The translations under genes and the position numbers were made by a program. Shown here one piece after another: positions 36,989-50,007 of a stretch of DNA of 64,000 nt. The notes under the pieces were generated by a model. The model was given only the letters and a program-made list of their open reading frames with translations, had not been told where the DNA came from and searched no databases. The stretch covers positions 82,832,001-82,896,000 of the forward strand of contig NC_042997.1 in assembly GCF_006345805.1 (NCBI RefSeq), written 5' to 3'. Positions within the stretch are counted from its first letter, which is position 1, and the number at the start of each line of letters is the position of its first letter. This DNA is from Octopus sinensis (Eukaryota).

Positions 36989-38332
36989 AGATTTCACAAA
37001 AAATAAAAGACGGAGACAGATAGTATAGACAACAAACAGATGTATTAATTTAACGCTCGGGAAGTGAAAAAGTCTTTAACGTTTCGAGCCTACGCTCTTC
37101 CACAGAAAGGAACAAGAAAGAAACAAGGAGAGAAAATAGAGAATGTGTTGTGGCTAGCGATCTGTCATGGCGAATGCCGGACAGAAGGGTCAAACAGGAG
37201 AGCTAGGAAGAAGGGGAGATAATAAAGTAGCGGTGATCCCAAAACGAAGGTGCGCGTACGTGTATATAAGAGAGTATGGAAGAGAATTGGTGACCTTGAC
37301 GTGTGTGTGTGTGTACGTGTAGGTGTGAAGATATGGGCTGGGAAGTGGTTAGTGCTAGTGTGTGCGTGGTGGTGTGGTGTGATGTGATGTGTTGTGTGGT
37401 ATGGTGGTGTATGATGTAGTTGTGTGTGGTGTGATGGTCTTGGGAGGTGGGGAGGCGAGAGTGGGGAAAGCAAGTGTGGGTTAGGCTGAGAGTGGGTAGA
37501 GGTGGGGTAGGATGGGAAGGATAGGGAAGTTGGGGTTGGAATGTGTAGGGGTGGGGTGGGGTTACGAGGGAGGGGTGACGATGAAGGGGGAAGAGAAGGT
37601 GAGGAGTGAAGAGAAGAGAGAAGGAGAGTAAGAGTGAAGAGAAGTAGGAGTCGGAGCAAGAGAGGAGAGGTGGGTGGGAGGAAGTAGGTGCGAGGGGAGA
37701 GAGGTGAGGGGAGGATGTTAGATGAAGAGGGAAAGAGAGTTGAGTCCATGTGGCGCAAAGGAGCAAAGCGAAAAGATTAATCCCTGTTCACGGCGCAAAC
37801 GCGAGTCCGGATGGCCCCTGTGCAAGGACAATCCGAACACGGACATGTGTTGCAAAGAGTGACCGGTAGAGTGGAAAGGGCGCGAGACCGGGGTGTTAAT
37901 GCCGAGTCGGATATCTCGGAGGTGTTCTAACAGGTCTCGTAGGTTGTGGGCTCGTTTGAAGGAAGGGAGGGGTCGGGTAGGGAAGATCTGCGAAATGGAG
38001 GGGTCGGACTGGAGTCGCCGGAAGGCTCGGAGAATGGTGCGTTGGAGAGGTAGGGTGGTGGGGTGGTAGGTGAGGGAAAACGGGAGGCGGTAGACGGCGA
38101 GCAGGTTCGAGGGGTAGAGAGCAGATGCACGGTCCATGGAACGTGCTCTGGCAAGGGCGGTGTGGATAGTGGTGAGGGGATATCCACGTAGGATGAAGTG
38201 GCGCGCCATGAGTTGAAACTGAGTCTCAAAGTCATGGTCGTCACTACAGAGCCTGCGTAGACAGAGGAATTGGAAATAGGGGATGGAAAGCTTGGTGTGT
38301 TTTCGGTGGGAGGAGAAGTTGCGGTATGAGTG
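36986..38332 (-). mobile_element. 5'-truncated Penelope-like element with internal deletion and low-complexity 3' region
   Basis: TSVHYKHTD...SSH...SIPY.QF..LRRLCS (PLE RT C-terminus), RGYP, LPFSLTYHP, NLRDLL joined to EHLRDI, RLRREQGLIF...PHGLN. Confidence 0.8.
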
Positions 38333-38769
38333 TCAGTCTGTGTGTTTGTAGTGGACTGAGGTGGATCCACTACCTCTTTGGCGGGACGCTGACCCATCGC
38401 ACAAGTATGTATTTTCTCCAGCTGAGTGGACTGCATTAACTTCAAATGAAGTGTTTTGCTCAAGAACATAACGCATTGCTAGGTCCAGGAATCGACACCA
38501 CCATCTCATGAGTATAAGCCCAACACCCTAACAACTAGGCTACGTGACTTCACTATTGTCAGTGGATGGTATTTTACTTCTTTATATTAAAAGCTTTGCG
38601 AGGCATTTTACATTGAGTGCACAGGACATGATTTTACTGAAATTACAATCTGATGTTCTTATTACATTTGTTAAAATGGTATATTTGGGACACGATGTTT
38701 TCGAAGTAACAGTAACTACTTTTACACTGTTTTTTTTTTATTAAACAGCTAATCACACACACACGCGCG

Positions 38770-38820
<51 letters not shown>

Positions 38821-39184
38821 CATGCTATTTTCACGTCTATTTATTTAATTTTGCATATCAAATAATACTTAGTAATTCTATCATCACTACTTGAGAATTA
38901 CGGCAAAGTCTATGCTTCGTTGTTGGGGTTTAATAAGATTGAATCATGCCAGAAGGTATCTCAAATACGTAGTTATTGAGCTAATCTTATTTTTCTCACC
39001 TGAACAACTGTCAGGGAAATTTCAAAGCAAGGCTATTGGATCATCCTAAATAAATGCTATGTCATTCAGTACATTTTCGTTGTCTTCCGACTCACATTGT
39101 ATTCAATATAAAAAAAGGTGCCAAAAGAAGAGAGAGGGAGGAATAGATGAAAAACAGCTACATACTAAAAAATCACTGATACCT

Positions 39185-39417
39185 ATTTCTTTACTACCCA
39201 CAAGGGGCTAAACACAGAGGGAACAAACAAGGACAGACAAACGGATTAAGTCGATTACATCGACCCCAGTGCGTAATTGGTACTTATTTAATCGACGCCG
39301 AAAGGATGAAAGGTAAAGTCGACCTCGGCGGAATTTGAACTCAGAACGTAACGGCAGACGAAATACGGCTACGCATTTCGCCCGGCGTGCTAACGTTTCT
39401 GCCAGCCCGCCGCCTTC
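39185..39417 (-). mobile_element. tRNA-derived SINE family A, full copy with 15-bp TSD
   Basis: TSD aaatcactgatacct (39170-39184 and 39418-39432); A-box-like tggcagaaacgttag and B box gagttcaaattcc. Other family A copies at ~14085-14265, 16637-16835, 28110-28537, 34625-34835, 44700-44998, 46585-46785 and 62845-63670. Confidence 0.85.
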
Positions 39418-40307
39418 AAATCACTGATACCTGACCAGCTATGAGCACCCAAACAGAACGACTAACCTATGCTAACAAAAGCAATAGCAAAGGAGACATT
39501 CCGAGCTATATAAATTGCGATTTAATCGAACACTTTTAGATGCAGCACACTTTTTGTCAGTAACCAAGTTTGGAGCGACGAAAATTTTGACATCATATTC
39601 TAAATAAATGTTTAAGTTAAAGGTGTTTGTGTGTTTCAGAATAGCTAATCAGGTGTCCACAAAAAAAAAACAAACCCAGACATTCAGAACGTTCAAGCAC
39701 AATTATCGAACGTCATTGTCATCTACTGAACAATTTTCTTTAAGATTTGCTAAATTTAGATAACTTGAAGAAATTAAGAACTTCATTAAGTATGCCAACA
39801 GTTACCTGTAGATAACCTGGAATTGGAAATGATGCAACAGATAACTTTTAGATGCAACTGATCAATATAGAAATAGCACATTTGAGAGGTAAAACTTTGT
39901 AGACGAGTTAGAAAACATTGCAGCATTGTGTGTATGTGTATGTGCGTGTGTGCACAAATGTATGTGTCTATATGCATGTATATCCGCACCATTCGTTGTC
40001 ATAGAAACTATTTGTTTTAGATCTGAAAGACCAATATATTAATTCGTTTATAGCAGCATTACATATTTCAGCTACTGCGATACACCTGGGTAGGGTTACC
40101 ACGTTAGCTGGCTCTTCGCATACCTTATCACCCCAACAACAAAGTCCAGCAACAATGACTAGCCTATCAAATCTTTCAATATCAATGATTCATTTAAACA
40201 AATGCACAGGAATTTTACTTTGTGCTAATATAATTTCTTAGCTGATTCGATATGTTTATACTTATAATATTCTTATAATATTCTATTGGTTACTGCGTTT
40301 CTGCTTA

Positions 40308-41600
40308 CGAGGGGTGTATGAAAAGTCTTGAGCCTTAAAAAAACAAAATATGGTACATGACTTCTGATGATTTATTTTTCAACATAGTCCCCCTCGATGG
40401 CTGAACACTTTCTCTAGCAGTGCTGAAGCCCATTATTCCGGCGTAGAAGAACTCTTTTGTTTGAGACTCCAAGAAACTTCCTACAGCGTCTATGACGTCA
40501 TTGTCACTGGCAAAATGGCGACCAGCCAGGGCTTTTTTACTTTTGGAGAATAGATGAAAGTCAGAGGCGGCTAAGTCTGGCGAATAAGGCGGATGGGGAG
40601 CAAGTTTGTACCCACAATCATGAATTGTTACCATGGCAACCACTGAGGTGTGGGATGGAACATTGTCGTGATGAAAAAGGACTCCTCTGGCGAGCATTCC
40701 CGGCCTTTTTTCTTTGATTGCTTCTCGGAGGCGTTTCAGTGGCTGAGAATAATACAGTCCTGTCACAGTGTGACCTTTTTCAAGGTAATCAATCAGCAAG
40801 ATACCTTGAGAATCCCAAAAGACAGACGCCATGACCTTGCCAGCTGAAGGAATGACCCTGGCCTTCTTTGGGGTAGGAGAAGATGTGTGCTTTCAAAGCT
40901 TTGATTTTTCTTTGGTTTCAGGCTGGTAGTGAGGAACCTAACTTTCATCCATAGTAATGAAACAAGCAAGTAAATTCGCTTCATCGGCTTCAAACAGTTC
41001 CAGATTTCTCGTGGACAAAGTGCACCCAGTGCGTTTCTGTTCAGGAGTCAAAAGGTGAGGGACGCACCTTGTGGAAACCTTTCAGAACCCAAGTTCTTTT
41101 GTCACAATGTTGTCTGCTCTTTCATTTGAGATGCTCAGTCCCTCGGCTATCTAACGACATGATATTCGGCGATCTTGCATTATCATGCCAAGAGCAAGGT
41201 CAAAGTTATCCTTGGTGGTTGCAGTTGGAAGTCTCTCTGGTCTGGGATAATCTTCCACACTCTCCCTGCCACGCTTGAATTTATTTACCCAGCTTTTGAC
41301 TGTTGAATATGAAGGAGCATTGTTTGTTAAGGTTCTCACCATATCTTCATGGATTTCTGATGGAGTCATACCTTTCAAATGAAGGTACTTTATGACAGAA
41401 CGATACTCAGTTTTCTCCATTTTCCATGTAAACTCGAAGCTTGTTTATTAAAAAATCTGCAACAAAATAATTAAAATATCAGAATCATGAAAATGAGTAA
41501 GAATACTCCGAAAAGACTGTACTTACCAGAAAAAAAATTGTTTCAGCTATATAGCAGCCCCGTTTCTAGGTTAGGCTCAAAACTTTTCATACACCCTTCG
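40308..41600 (-). mobile_element. Full-length mariner transposon (1293 bp), defective, second family
   Basis: 28-bp TIRs cga(g/a)gggtgtatgaaaagt(c/t)ttgagcct; TA at 40306-40307 and 41601-41602. Transposase fragments 41151..41420 and 40335..40832 with HDN...YSPDLAASD (34 residues between D2 and D3). Confidence 0.95.
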
Positions 41601-42515
41601 TATAAGCAGATCTCTGATATTTTTCTAAGGTGATAAAGTTTTGAAGAGTTCAATGGTCGACCAGTAATCTCAACAAAGTACAAATATTGCATCTTAGGCT
41701 AATAATCACATTAACCACAACAAATATTTTACACTGGATTCCGCTTCTTTTTGTAGAAATGTAGATTACGACTGAAAGATATCGTTGCTCTTGACATAGG
41801 AGCAAACGAGCCATTGTGGACACTTCTATGATATTGATTGCTATTCTAGAAATAGATTAAAAAAATATGAATGTAGAATATGATTCAGATTAAGAGGAAG
41901 AAGACTTGTATATATATACACTGCAGAAAATAAGAAGACAAAAGTCTCAATAACAGTGAGAATAAGGAAATACTTGCCAACATAGATTATAAAGACACCT
42001 ATGAAAGAAAATACTTAAGAAAAGTAAAAATAGACACTAGAGCCCAACGAAAGCATATTACCACTCAGGACACACAAGCAGATGCACCCAGAAAAGATTG
42101 ATGAGAACACTTGAAAAGCAACAAGTCTTAAAAGAGAATACGCTATCTTATGGGCAGTGAATGGAACTCCATAGTCACGTGTACTCTGAACGTAGTTTAC
42201 AGGGAGATTCAGCATGACAAAGAATGTAACAACACTGGCTTTTTGAAATATAGGTACAACTCATTTTTTGCCAGCTGAGTGGACTGAAGCAACGGGAAAT
42301 AAAATATCTTGTTAAAGAACACAAGGCACCGCCGGGAATCGAACTCATGACCTTATGATGTGAGCTGAATATCCTAACTCACGAACTTCACAATAACAAT
42401 CAGTCGGTCTCTATTCGTAATCAAAGAATGCAATTCACCGTTCTTATAGTATTAGGCTTCTGTAAAGTAATGAAAGTGATTCAAAACAGAAAATAATTTG
42501 TGCATACAATTATTA

Positions 42516-43830
42516 CATGGAAAAATGCGAGCATGAAAAGTCACATTCTTAAGATTATGAACCTGGAAAAGTACAGGACAAGTTATTACACCTGTAAAAG
42601 TATAGGACAACCTATGGATCTTTACCTTTTGACGTACAGATTTAAAAAATAAACACTTTCAAACTTCGGACACTGGTAGAATGTGTCATATAAAACATGT
42701 TTTACTCTTAGCATTTTTGAGAAAAGATTATATTTATGAAGTAATTTCAAGTTAAAGTAGGCCTATTTCGGTAATTTCAGCCAATCAATGACGTGTATTC
42801 AGCTGAATAAAATTACTGCCGTTGTTTGTCAACAAGAACTTCCGGCGGTGTATTTTTTCGTTTGTCACTGTTATTTATGACAGCCCTAACCCTAAAACCC
42901 CAATCCTAATCCTAAAACCATAACCCTAACCCTAAAACCCTAACCCTTAACCCTATCCCTAAAACCCTAACCCTAATCCTAAAACCCTAACCCTAATCCT
43001 AAAACCCTAACCCTAACCCTAAAATCTTAAAGCTAAAGCCAGTACAAACACACGAGCGATGTCATAAATAACAGTGACAAACGAAGAATACACCACCGAT
43101 AGTTGTTGTTGACAAAGAACGGCAGTAATTTTATTCAGCTGAATACATGTCATTGATTGGTTGAAATTACCAAAATAGGCCTACTTTAACGTGAAATTAT
43201 TTCGTAAATATAAGTTTTTCTCAAAAATGCTAAGAGTAAAACATGTTTTATATGATACATTCTACCAGTGTCCGAAGTTTGAAAGTGTTTAGTTATAAAA
43301 AATTATTTTTTAAATCTGTACGTCAATAGGTAAAGATCCCAAGCTATTACTTCTAGTAAAGTAAAGAATAAGAAACTTTTTACTTAAAATATTGCAGCAA
43401 AGAATGCCAGTTCTTCTAATTTATCACTGTTTACAGTTCTCATTTTTAAAATTTATTGTACAAAACTGTTCAGCAAATTTGTTTGTCTAATTAGTCACTT
43501 TTTTCTGTATTTAAGGTAGTAAATTAGCCAAATTCTACTTAAATAAGTATAGTGTTATTTGTAAACTATAATAAAATAAGTTTTAGTATTCAAATTTTAA
43601 TTTTAGCTGCAATATTTTAAAGTAAAAAATTTCTTATTCTTTATTTTACTAGAAGTAATTTGCTGAACAGTTTTGTACAATAAAAAAAAAAATGAGAACT
43701 GTAAACAGTGATAAATTAGAAGAACTGGCATTCTTTGCTGCAATATTTTTACAGGTGTAATAACTTGTCCTGTACTTTTCTAGGTTTATAATCTTAAGAA
43801 TATTACTTTTCATGCTCTCATTTTTCCATG
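42516..43830. mobile_element. Outer AT-rich MITE/foldback interrupted by the telomeric-core foldback
   Basis: 42516-42605 is the reverse complement of 43745-43830; further inverted segments at 43345-43480 vs 43627-43750. Confidence 0.6.
42616..43339. mobile_element. Foldback element: ~270-bp arms, GGATCTTT termini, 8-bp TSD, telomere-like core
   Basis: Arms 42616-42882 and 43060-43339; TSD caacctat / caagctat; core 42884-43024 of CCCTAA and CCCTAAAA variants. Confidence 0.88.
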
Positions 43831-44381
43831 CAATCCATGATTTTTCCAGGTAATGCTGTTATAAGATAATTAATAATGTGTCAATTAATAATTTAAGATT
43901 TTACCATATAAAATACTGAAAGATAATATTTCAATTTTTCCATGTAAGCGATGATAATATTCCAATTTTTTTCGTGTTTAATTTAAATATATGTTCTGAT
44001 TGAATTATTTGATAATACCCATCCGCAACAAATTAATGGCAGGGATTTTTACCATGTTATTGGTTGCACCATGGCTCACCAAAAGTTACAAACAAGGCAA
44101 CCAAACTATCAGTTACCAGGCTCGCCTTAAGTAACCTCATTTTGCAATACTAGGAGGTCACAGGAATTCATTCAACGAAAAACAATTTCTAATGATTCCG
44201 GGATTGGTGGTGGTGGGGAAATCCACCTCATTTTTTTCCGAACCAAAATAAGCTGATTTGCAGCATATTAGGAGGTCAGGGTACTTGATTCCACGTAAAA
44301 AAATCATTTTTTTTTTTTAGTGAAAATCGTGCGGGTATTAATATAGAAATTAACCATAATGTTGTTATTATTTAGCCTCAG

Positions 44382-44483
44382 ATAAATCCCAATACTGCAA
44401 ACGTATCATCAAAGACATTCCAACCTTCAGCAAACCGTCCTTTTAGGGATAATCTAGGACATTACATACAATGGGCGTGTGAT
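44382..44483 (+). CDS. Candidate downstream exon (possibly same gene)
   Basis: ttagcctcag / GAT|gtaggt; 34 codons INPNTANVSSKTFQPSANRPFRDNLGHYIQWACD; could splice to a terminal exon at 45956..45985 (ELRSDVNYI*). Confidence 0.35.
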
Positions 44484-45734
44484 GTAGGTAGGGGGATACT
44501 TTGGCTGCTATTTTCAGCGTGTTGAGCGACCAGGTAGAGGCTCCTTCATTGGTTCGATTGCGTGATGAGATTTTTTTACACATATATGTGATATGTATAT
44601 ATATCATCGGCAGAAGTTAGAGAGTAAGTCAAAAGCTGAGAGTTTCGTGTATTGGCACTTACCAAACACGAATTTGTTCATTGTCACTCAGTAACTTCTG
44701 ACAAAATAACTTCTAAAATACAAAATTCTGTCCGAAATGGATGAAAGGCAAAGTCGACTTTGGCGGAATTTGAACTCAGAACGTAAAGAGAGACGAAATA
44801 CTGCTTCTAAAATACAAAATTTTGTCAAAAACGTTAAGAATAAACCCTGTTCTATGTGACATATTCTACGAGTATCAGAAGTTTTAAAGTGTTTAGTTAA
44901 AAAAATTAATTGAATAATCTGTACGTCAAAGCCGACCTCGGCGAAATTTGAACTCAAAAAACGTAAAGACAGACAAACGTTTCTGCTAGCTCGCCACCTT
45001 AGAAAGTCAACTTTCAGTTTAGAAATGTAGTCTTTATTCTTATTGCTTACTTCCTTACTGACATGAAATTTCGTAACATTTTACCTACTAATTTTGTGCA
45101 ATGCGACTAGCGATTCTGAATTCCTCATGCATTTTTCTATCATTTAAGCCTAAGAAAGGTATATTTTTAATCTAAAATTTAAAACTTTATGATAGTTGAA
45201 GTTGAATATTTGCCTTACTGCTCCCTTTGAGGTCGCATATATTTTGATGTAATTTTTTTTTCTACTGAACCAAATCTCAAACTATTTATGCCAAAGTGTA
45301 GCTGAGGAGGTGTCCTCTTTAAAACTATTAACAGTTTGCTATTTAGTTGAGAACTGAATTAGTGGTGACGCTTGGAAGCTGCTGTGATTGACGAAATGAT
45401 GGACTAAGAATATATTTCAACTACTATTGTGGTTGAATGATATAAGTTACAATTGTCTTTTTCTGTTTATTGTAATGTGACATTCTATATTCTCATGTAG
45501 AATGTCGGTATTTTTGGAAACGAAAAACAGCACTTTTGTCTATCACTATATGACATTTGTCCTTGTGTTGTTGACACGGAAAGTACTTATGCATTCATAT
45601 TTGTGTGAATGGCTGCGCATATGCAATATTCCATATTCCTATACAACAATCTTTTCATCTATGTATACATATGTACATTGTTTATACATGTGTGTACACG
45701 CATATGTATACATATAAGTATGTATGTCTGTGTG

Positions 45735-45826
<92 letters not shown>
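45735..45826. repeat. (ATCT)n microsatellite; one of many (TA)n, (CA)n, (GA)n, (CTA)n and (TACA)n tracts in the window
   Basis: Directly visible; others include (GA)n at 18613-18700 and 21695-21768, and (CTA)n at 54035-54093. Confidence 0.95.
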
Positions 45827-47023
45827 GATATGTATATATATATACACGCATATACATATATGTATATGTATGTATATGCATATATGAATGTAAAATGCTC
45901 CTATTCTCCTTTGCACAATGACATAAATTATAAATTATGCATAAACCCCTTGTAGGAGTTGCGCAGTGACGTAAATTATATATGAAACTTGTTGTCGAAG
46001 ATGCTTCTATTTTAAACTCATCAAAAGGAGAACAACATCCAGTTAGGCGATATCTGTGAAACATTTATTCCAGAAAACGTGATACAGGCAGAGTTTAGCA
46101 AATCAATAGTTCTTAGACAAGAAATATTGAAACGGAACGTTAACATTGTGACTAACTGAAAAGTCTTCAGGAGAGTGCTTTTCTTACCAAATACAAATAC
46201 TGTAGAACCTCACATTTAGTGAGTTAGAATTATTGAAGCAACAAGCAGACAAAAATCCCTTTTGAGAGTTTAAAAATCTGAGACAATCCAGGGAAATAAA
46301 TTTAGCACGATCAATTGAAAGAAAGTTTGGACATATTGAAAGATATACGCTTTTGTGTGTAGAGCCAAAACGATTTTAGAAATCTGTAATGGAAGCAGCT
46401 GATGAAGTAAGTATGTATGTATTGCACTCAAAACTATAATAAATATGATTCGATTCACTGGTTCAAGGTCATAAATGGTTAACGTAGGAGGAAGAGAAGG
46501 AGTTCCACAACCTTAAAATAATAGCAAAAACCAATAAACCATGAATGTTTTGACGTTACTGATGGTCAATATTAGATTTATATAAGGTACTGAGCTGGCA
46601 GAATTGTTACTGTGCCAGATAAAAGGCTTAGTTACATTTCTTCTGGCTTTATGTTCTGGGTTCAGATAACACCGAGGTTGACTTTACCTTTCATCTTTTC
46701 AGGTTCGACAAAATAAGTTACCATTTAAACATTGGCGTCGATGTATTCGATTAACATCCTCGTCCAAAATGTCAGGCTTTCTGCCTAGTTAGAAAGAAAT
46801 ATTAGATTTATATTGAAAGAAAGAAAAAAGCAAAAAACACCTCAGACTAATGAACATGATTAACTTGTTAGAAAAAGTTATTTTTATCAAATTATCTGCT
46901 GGTTCTTTCAATAATAAAGGATTCCATGCTTTTAAAAATATCTTTGGATTCATCTCTCAATATTATTCCAAAGAAACAAAAGCTAAAATTTCAAGATATT
47001 AGGAAAATGATTTTGACACTCGT

Positions 47024-47319
47024 AAAATATATTTGCCAACTAAATGTGGCGGTCCCATAGAGGACGATGTTACTGTTGTTTTTAGCCCCAGGAAGACATC
47101 TCCTCCAGCTGGCTAACGACACACTGTGTCCGATTAGTATTTGTGTATCTGTGTGTATTACGTAAGGCTAGAGATGGGAGCGATGACCTCCCCTCGCAAA
47201 TACTAATCGGACACAGACAGTGTGTCGTTAGCCAGCTGGAGGAGATGTCTTCCTGGGGCTAAAACAACAGTAACATCATCCTCTATGGGACCGCCACATT
47301 TAGTTTGCAAACATATTTT
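47024..47319. repeat. Foldback made of the 50-kb repeat family, without ribozyme
   Basis: ~115-bp inverted arms (taaatgtggc...ccaggaagacatctcc...) homologous to 50060-50210. Confidence 0.8.
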
Positions 47320-47432
47320 CGATTCCGTACTGTTACTGCTTACCTCTCGTTCAGAGATTTAATATAGATTCTGACACTAATTTGTATATATAAACACACA
47401 CACACACTCACACTCACACGCGCGCACGCACA

Positions 47433-47494
<62 letters not shown>

Positions 47495-48479
47495 GCACAC
47501 ACACACATGAAGATATGTGTGTGTGTGTATGTGTGTGTGTATTAGAAGAAATAAGGTATTAAGAAATAAGGTATTCAGAAATCTGGATGGTTTTATATTT
47601 ACAGATGTTTATTAATATGTCACATTTTTTATAAATGATATATTAGCGCTTGCATCCACTCTAGTGGATCCTTCAGATTTGAATTTTTTGAGGAGATTTG
47701 TCTCTTTTTATAGTATTATTGAGTGTGTAGGGTGGAGAGAGATATAGGATAGTAAAAGAGGGTGAGGAATGGGGAGAAAGTGAGAGAGAGCGCGCCTTTG
47801 TATCTGAAACAGTGTGTCAATGGAAAAGAGAAGGAAAGAAAGAAGCAAGAGAGAAAGAACAAAAACAAATGTGCTTACATGTATACAGCTGGTCAGTTCT
47901 TTCAATAGAAAGTGATTCTTGGCCTTCAGGTGGAACGGTAAAAGACGCGTAATGGTTAAAAGTTATCCTTTTATGATATTCTTATCTTTAAACATTTTTT
48001 TATATTTTCTTAACATCCAAACAAATCTGTGATAAAAAATCGAATGAATATCCAGTTTCTTTATTCTTTATTTCCCCCCCCCCTAAATTTGTTTTTGTTG
48101 TTATTTTTCTCGTTGTACTTCTTTGCTCCTCTTTGTCAGAAGAATATTAAAAATAGTATTTGAAGTGAGTATATAATTGTGGAGAAACTAATGATAATAT
48201 AGCTATGCTTTGACTCTGGTCACCCGAACATGCGCATGTGTGCAGGTGTTGTTGAATCACTGTAACATTCAGAAATAAACAGCTAATAATGATGCACTGA
48301 AGCACTTGTAGCTATTTGTTATAAAGACTATTCAATTCACCTTCTTGTATTAAAAGTTTTGACACACACACACACACACGCACACACACAAGCACACGCA
48401 CACATACACATACATACACGCACACAGATACACACAAACACATATAACCACGTGTATACAAATGTGTGTATATATATGT

Positions 48480-48830
48480 AGTGATACTATAACGGCGCGC
48501 GCTCGCGCACCGTCCATTTGTATTTCGCGCGTGTTGATGCCTTTACCAAGGCAGAGAGAGGAAGGGCCCTCTCGCGCATGCGCGAACCACCGGAAGCACG
48601 ACCCTGGTCAAGGCAGGGGGATCGTAGAACGTTTGACCGCTAGCAGCAGCAGCGGCGACTTGGGACGGCAGCGATTGAACGCGACGGTCACGCATATTTT
48701 CTCTCCGTTCGAACTTGCTTCTAGCAGTCCTTACCAAAGGCCTTTAACCAAATTGTTGCAGACCAACATCGTCTCCATTGTTCGACGCCATCTTGAATCC
48801 GTTTCTGTTTTTGGCGGCTGAACATTGTAA
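48480..48830. promoter_or_regulatory. CpG-island-like housekeeping promoter
   Basis: Sharp CpG enrichment; NRF1-type GCGCATGCGC (48574-48583), ETS-type CCGGAAG (48590-48596), YY1-type CGCCATCTT (48786-48794). Confidence 0.65.
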
Positions 48831-49067
48831 ATATTACAATCGATTAACTTTCAGCCTTGCGCGCCCAGAACCAAGGACATCAGATAACACACTTATTGTT
48901 ATTGTTACCAAGAAAGAGAATAAAGTAGTTATATATATTTTACGTTTGCGTCTTGTTGTTTCTGACTAGTAGAATTCTGGATTATTAAAGCAACGGCTAG
49001 TGAGTGATTGCTTTCTTGTACCCCGAAAGTACAAGACAAGATATTCACACTCACTCGCTACGTTCGT

Positions 49068-49107
<40 letters not shown>

Positions 49108-50007
49108 TGTGCATTAAAATAGCATCAATGTAAACCAACACACGTGTATGTGTGTTATGTATGTGTGTGTATGTGCGTGTGTGTGTGTGTGTATGTATGC
49201 GCACATTCATGAATATGAATGTGCGCATATATATGAATGTGCGCATGTATATGAATGTGCGTATATATATATATATGCGCACAGAAAAAAAATATATATA
49301 CACAGAGATTGAGAGTGAGAGATAAAGAAAGAGAGCGAGAGAGAAAGAGAGAAAGAGATAGATAGTTAGATAGAAAGGTATTCAAAACATGAAGTTGAGC
49401 TTACAGTTTTTATTTTGAAGTCGAAACCTTACAGACTTCACATTCCTGGTCTCCAGTAAGCTGTTAAAATTGAACAATATTCTTAGTCTCTCCATTTTAA
49501 TGGACAGCCGGAAAAAAAATTTCCAAAAGATTAAAAAAAATTTCTTTTAGATCCCATTAGACACTTACACATCATTTCTTTCTTTCTTTTTTCTGCATTG
49601 TTTCATTTTATCCTTATTATATGTTACCTTCTTTTATTCTATCATTTATTCCTCCATTTGTTGTTCTGACATTGTTATTCTGTCATTCGGTCATTCCTTT
49701 TTTTTTTTACTTCTTTAGAAAGGCCGTTGCGCAATTTTGTTTAATGTTTTTACAATCTGTTTTTACATCTTTTCAACCTTTTTTTTTCTAATCAGTCCAT
49801 TAGACAGAGTTGAAATTTTCTTGCAATGCATACATACATATATGCATACATACATACATAGATACATACATACATACATATATACATACACACACAGTCT
49901 CATACACACTCACATGTTTGTATAATATGTATATGTATGGAAACACACACACACACATACACACATATATTTATACACACACACACACACCACACACACA
50001 CATATAT

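Noticed and set aside
37165-37766. Long Pro/Ser/His-rich ORFs
   Set aside because: Low-complexity pyrimidine-rich 3' region of the PLE.
45816-46064. - strand exon YRLTGCCSPFDEFKIEASS...
   Set aside because: Weak donor, and joining it to the candidate first exon at 48.7 kb gives stops.
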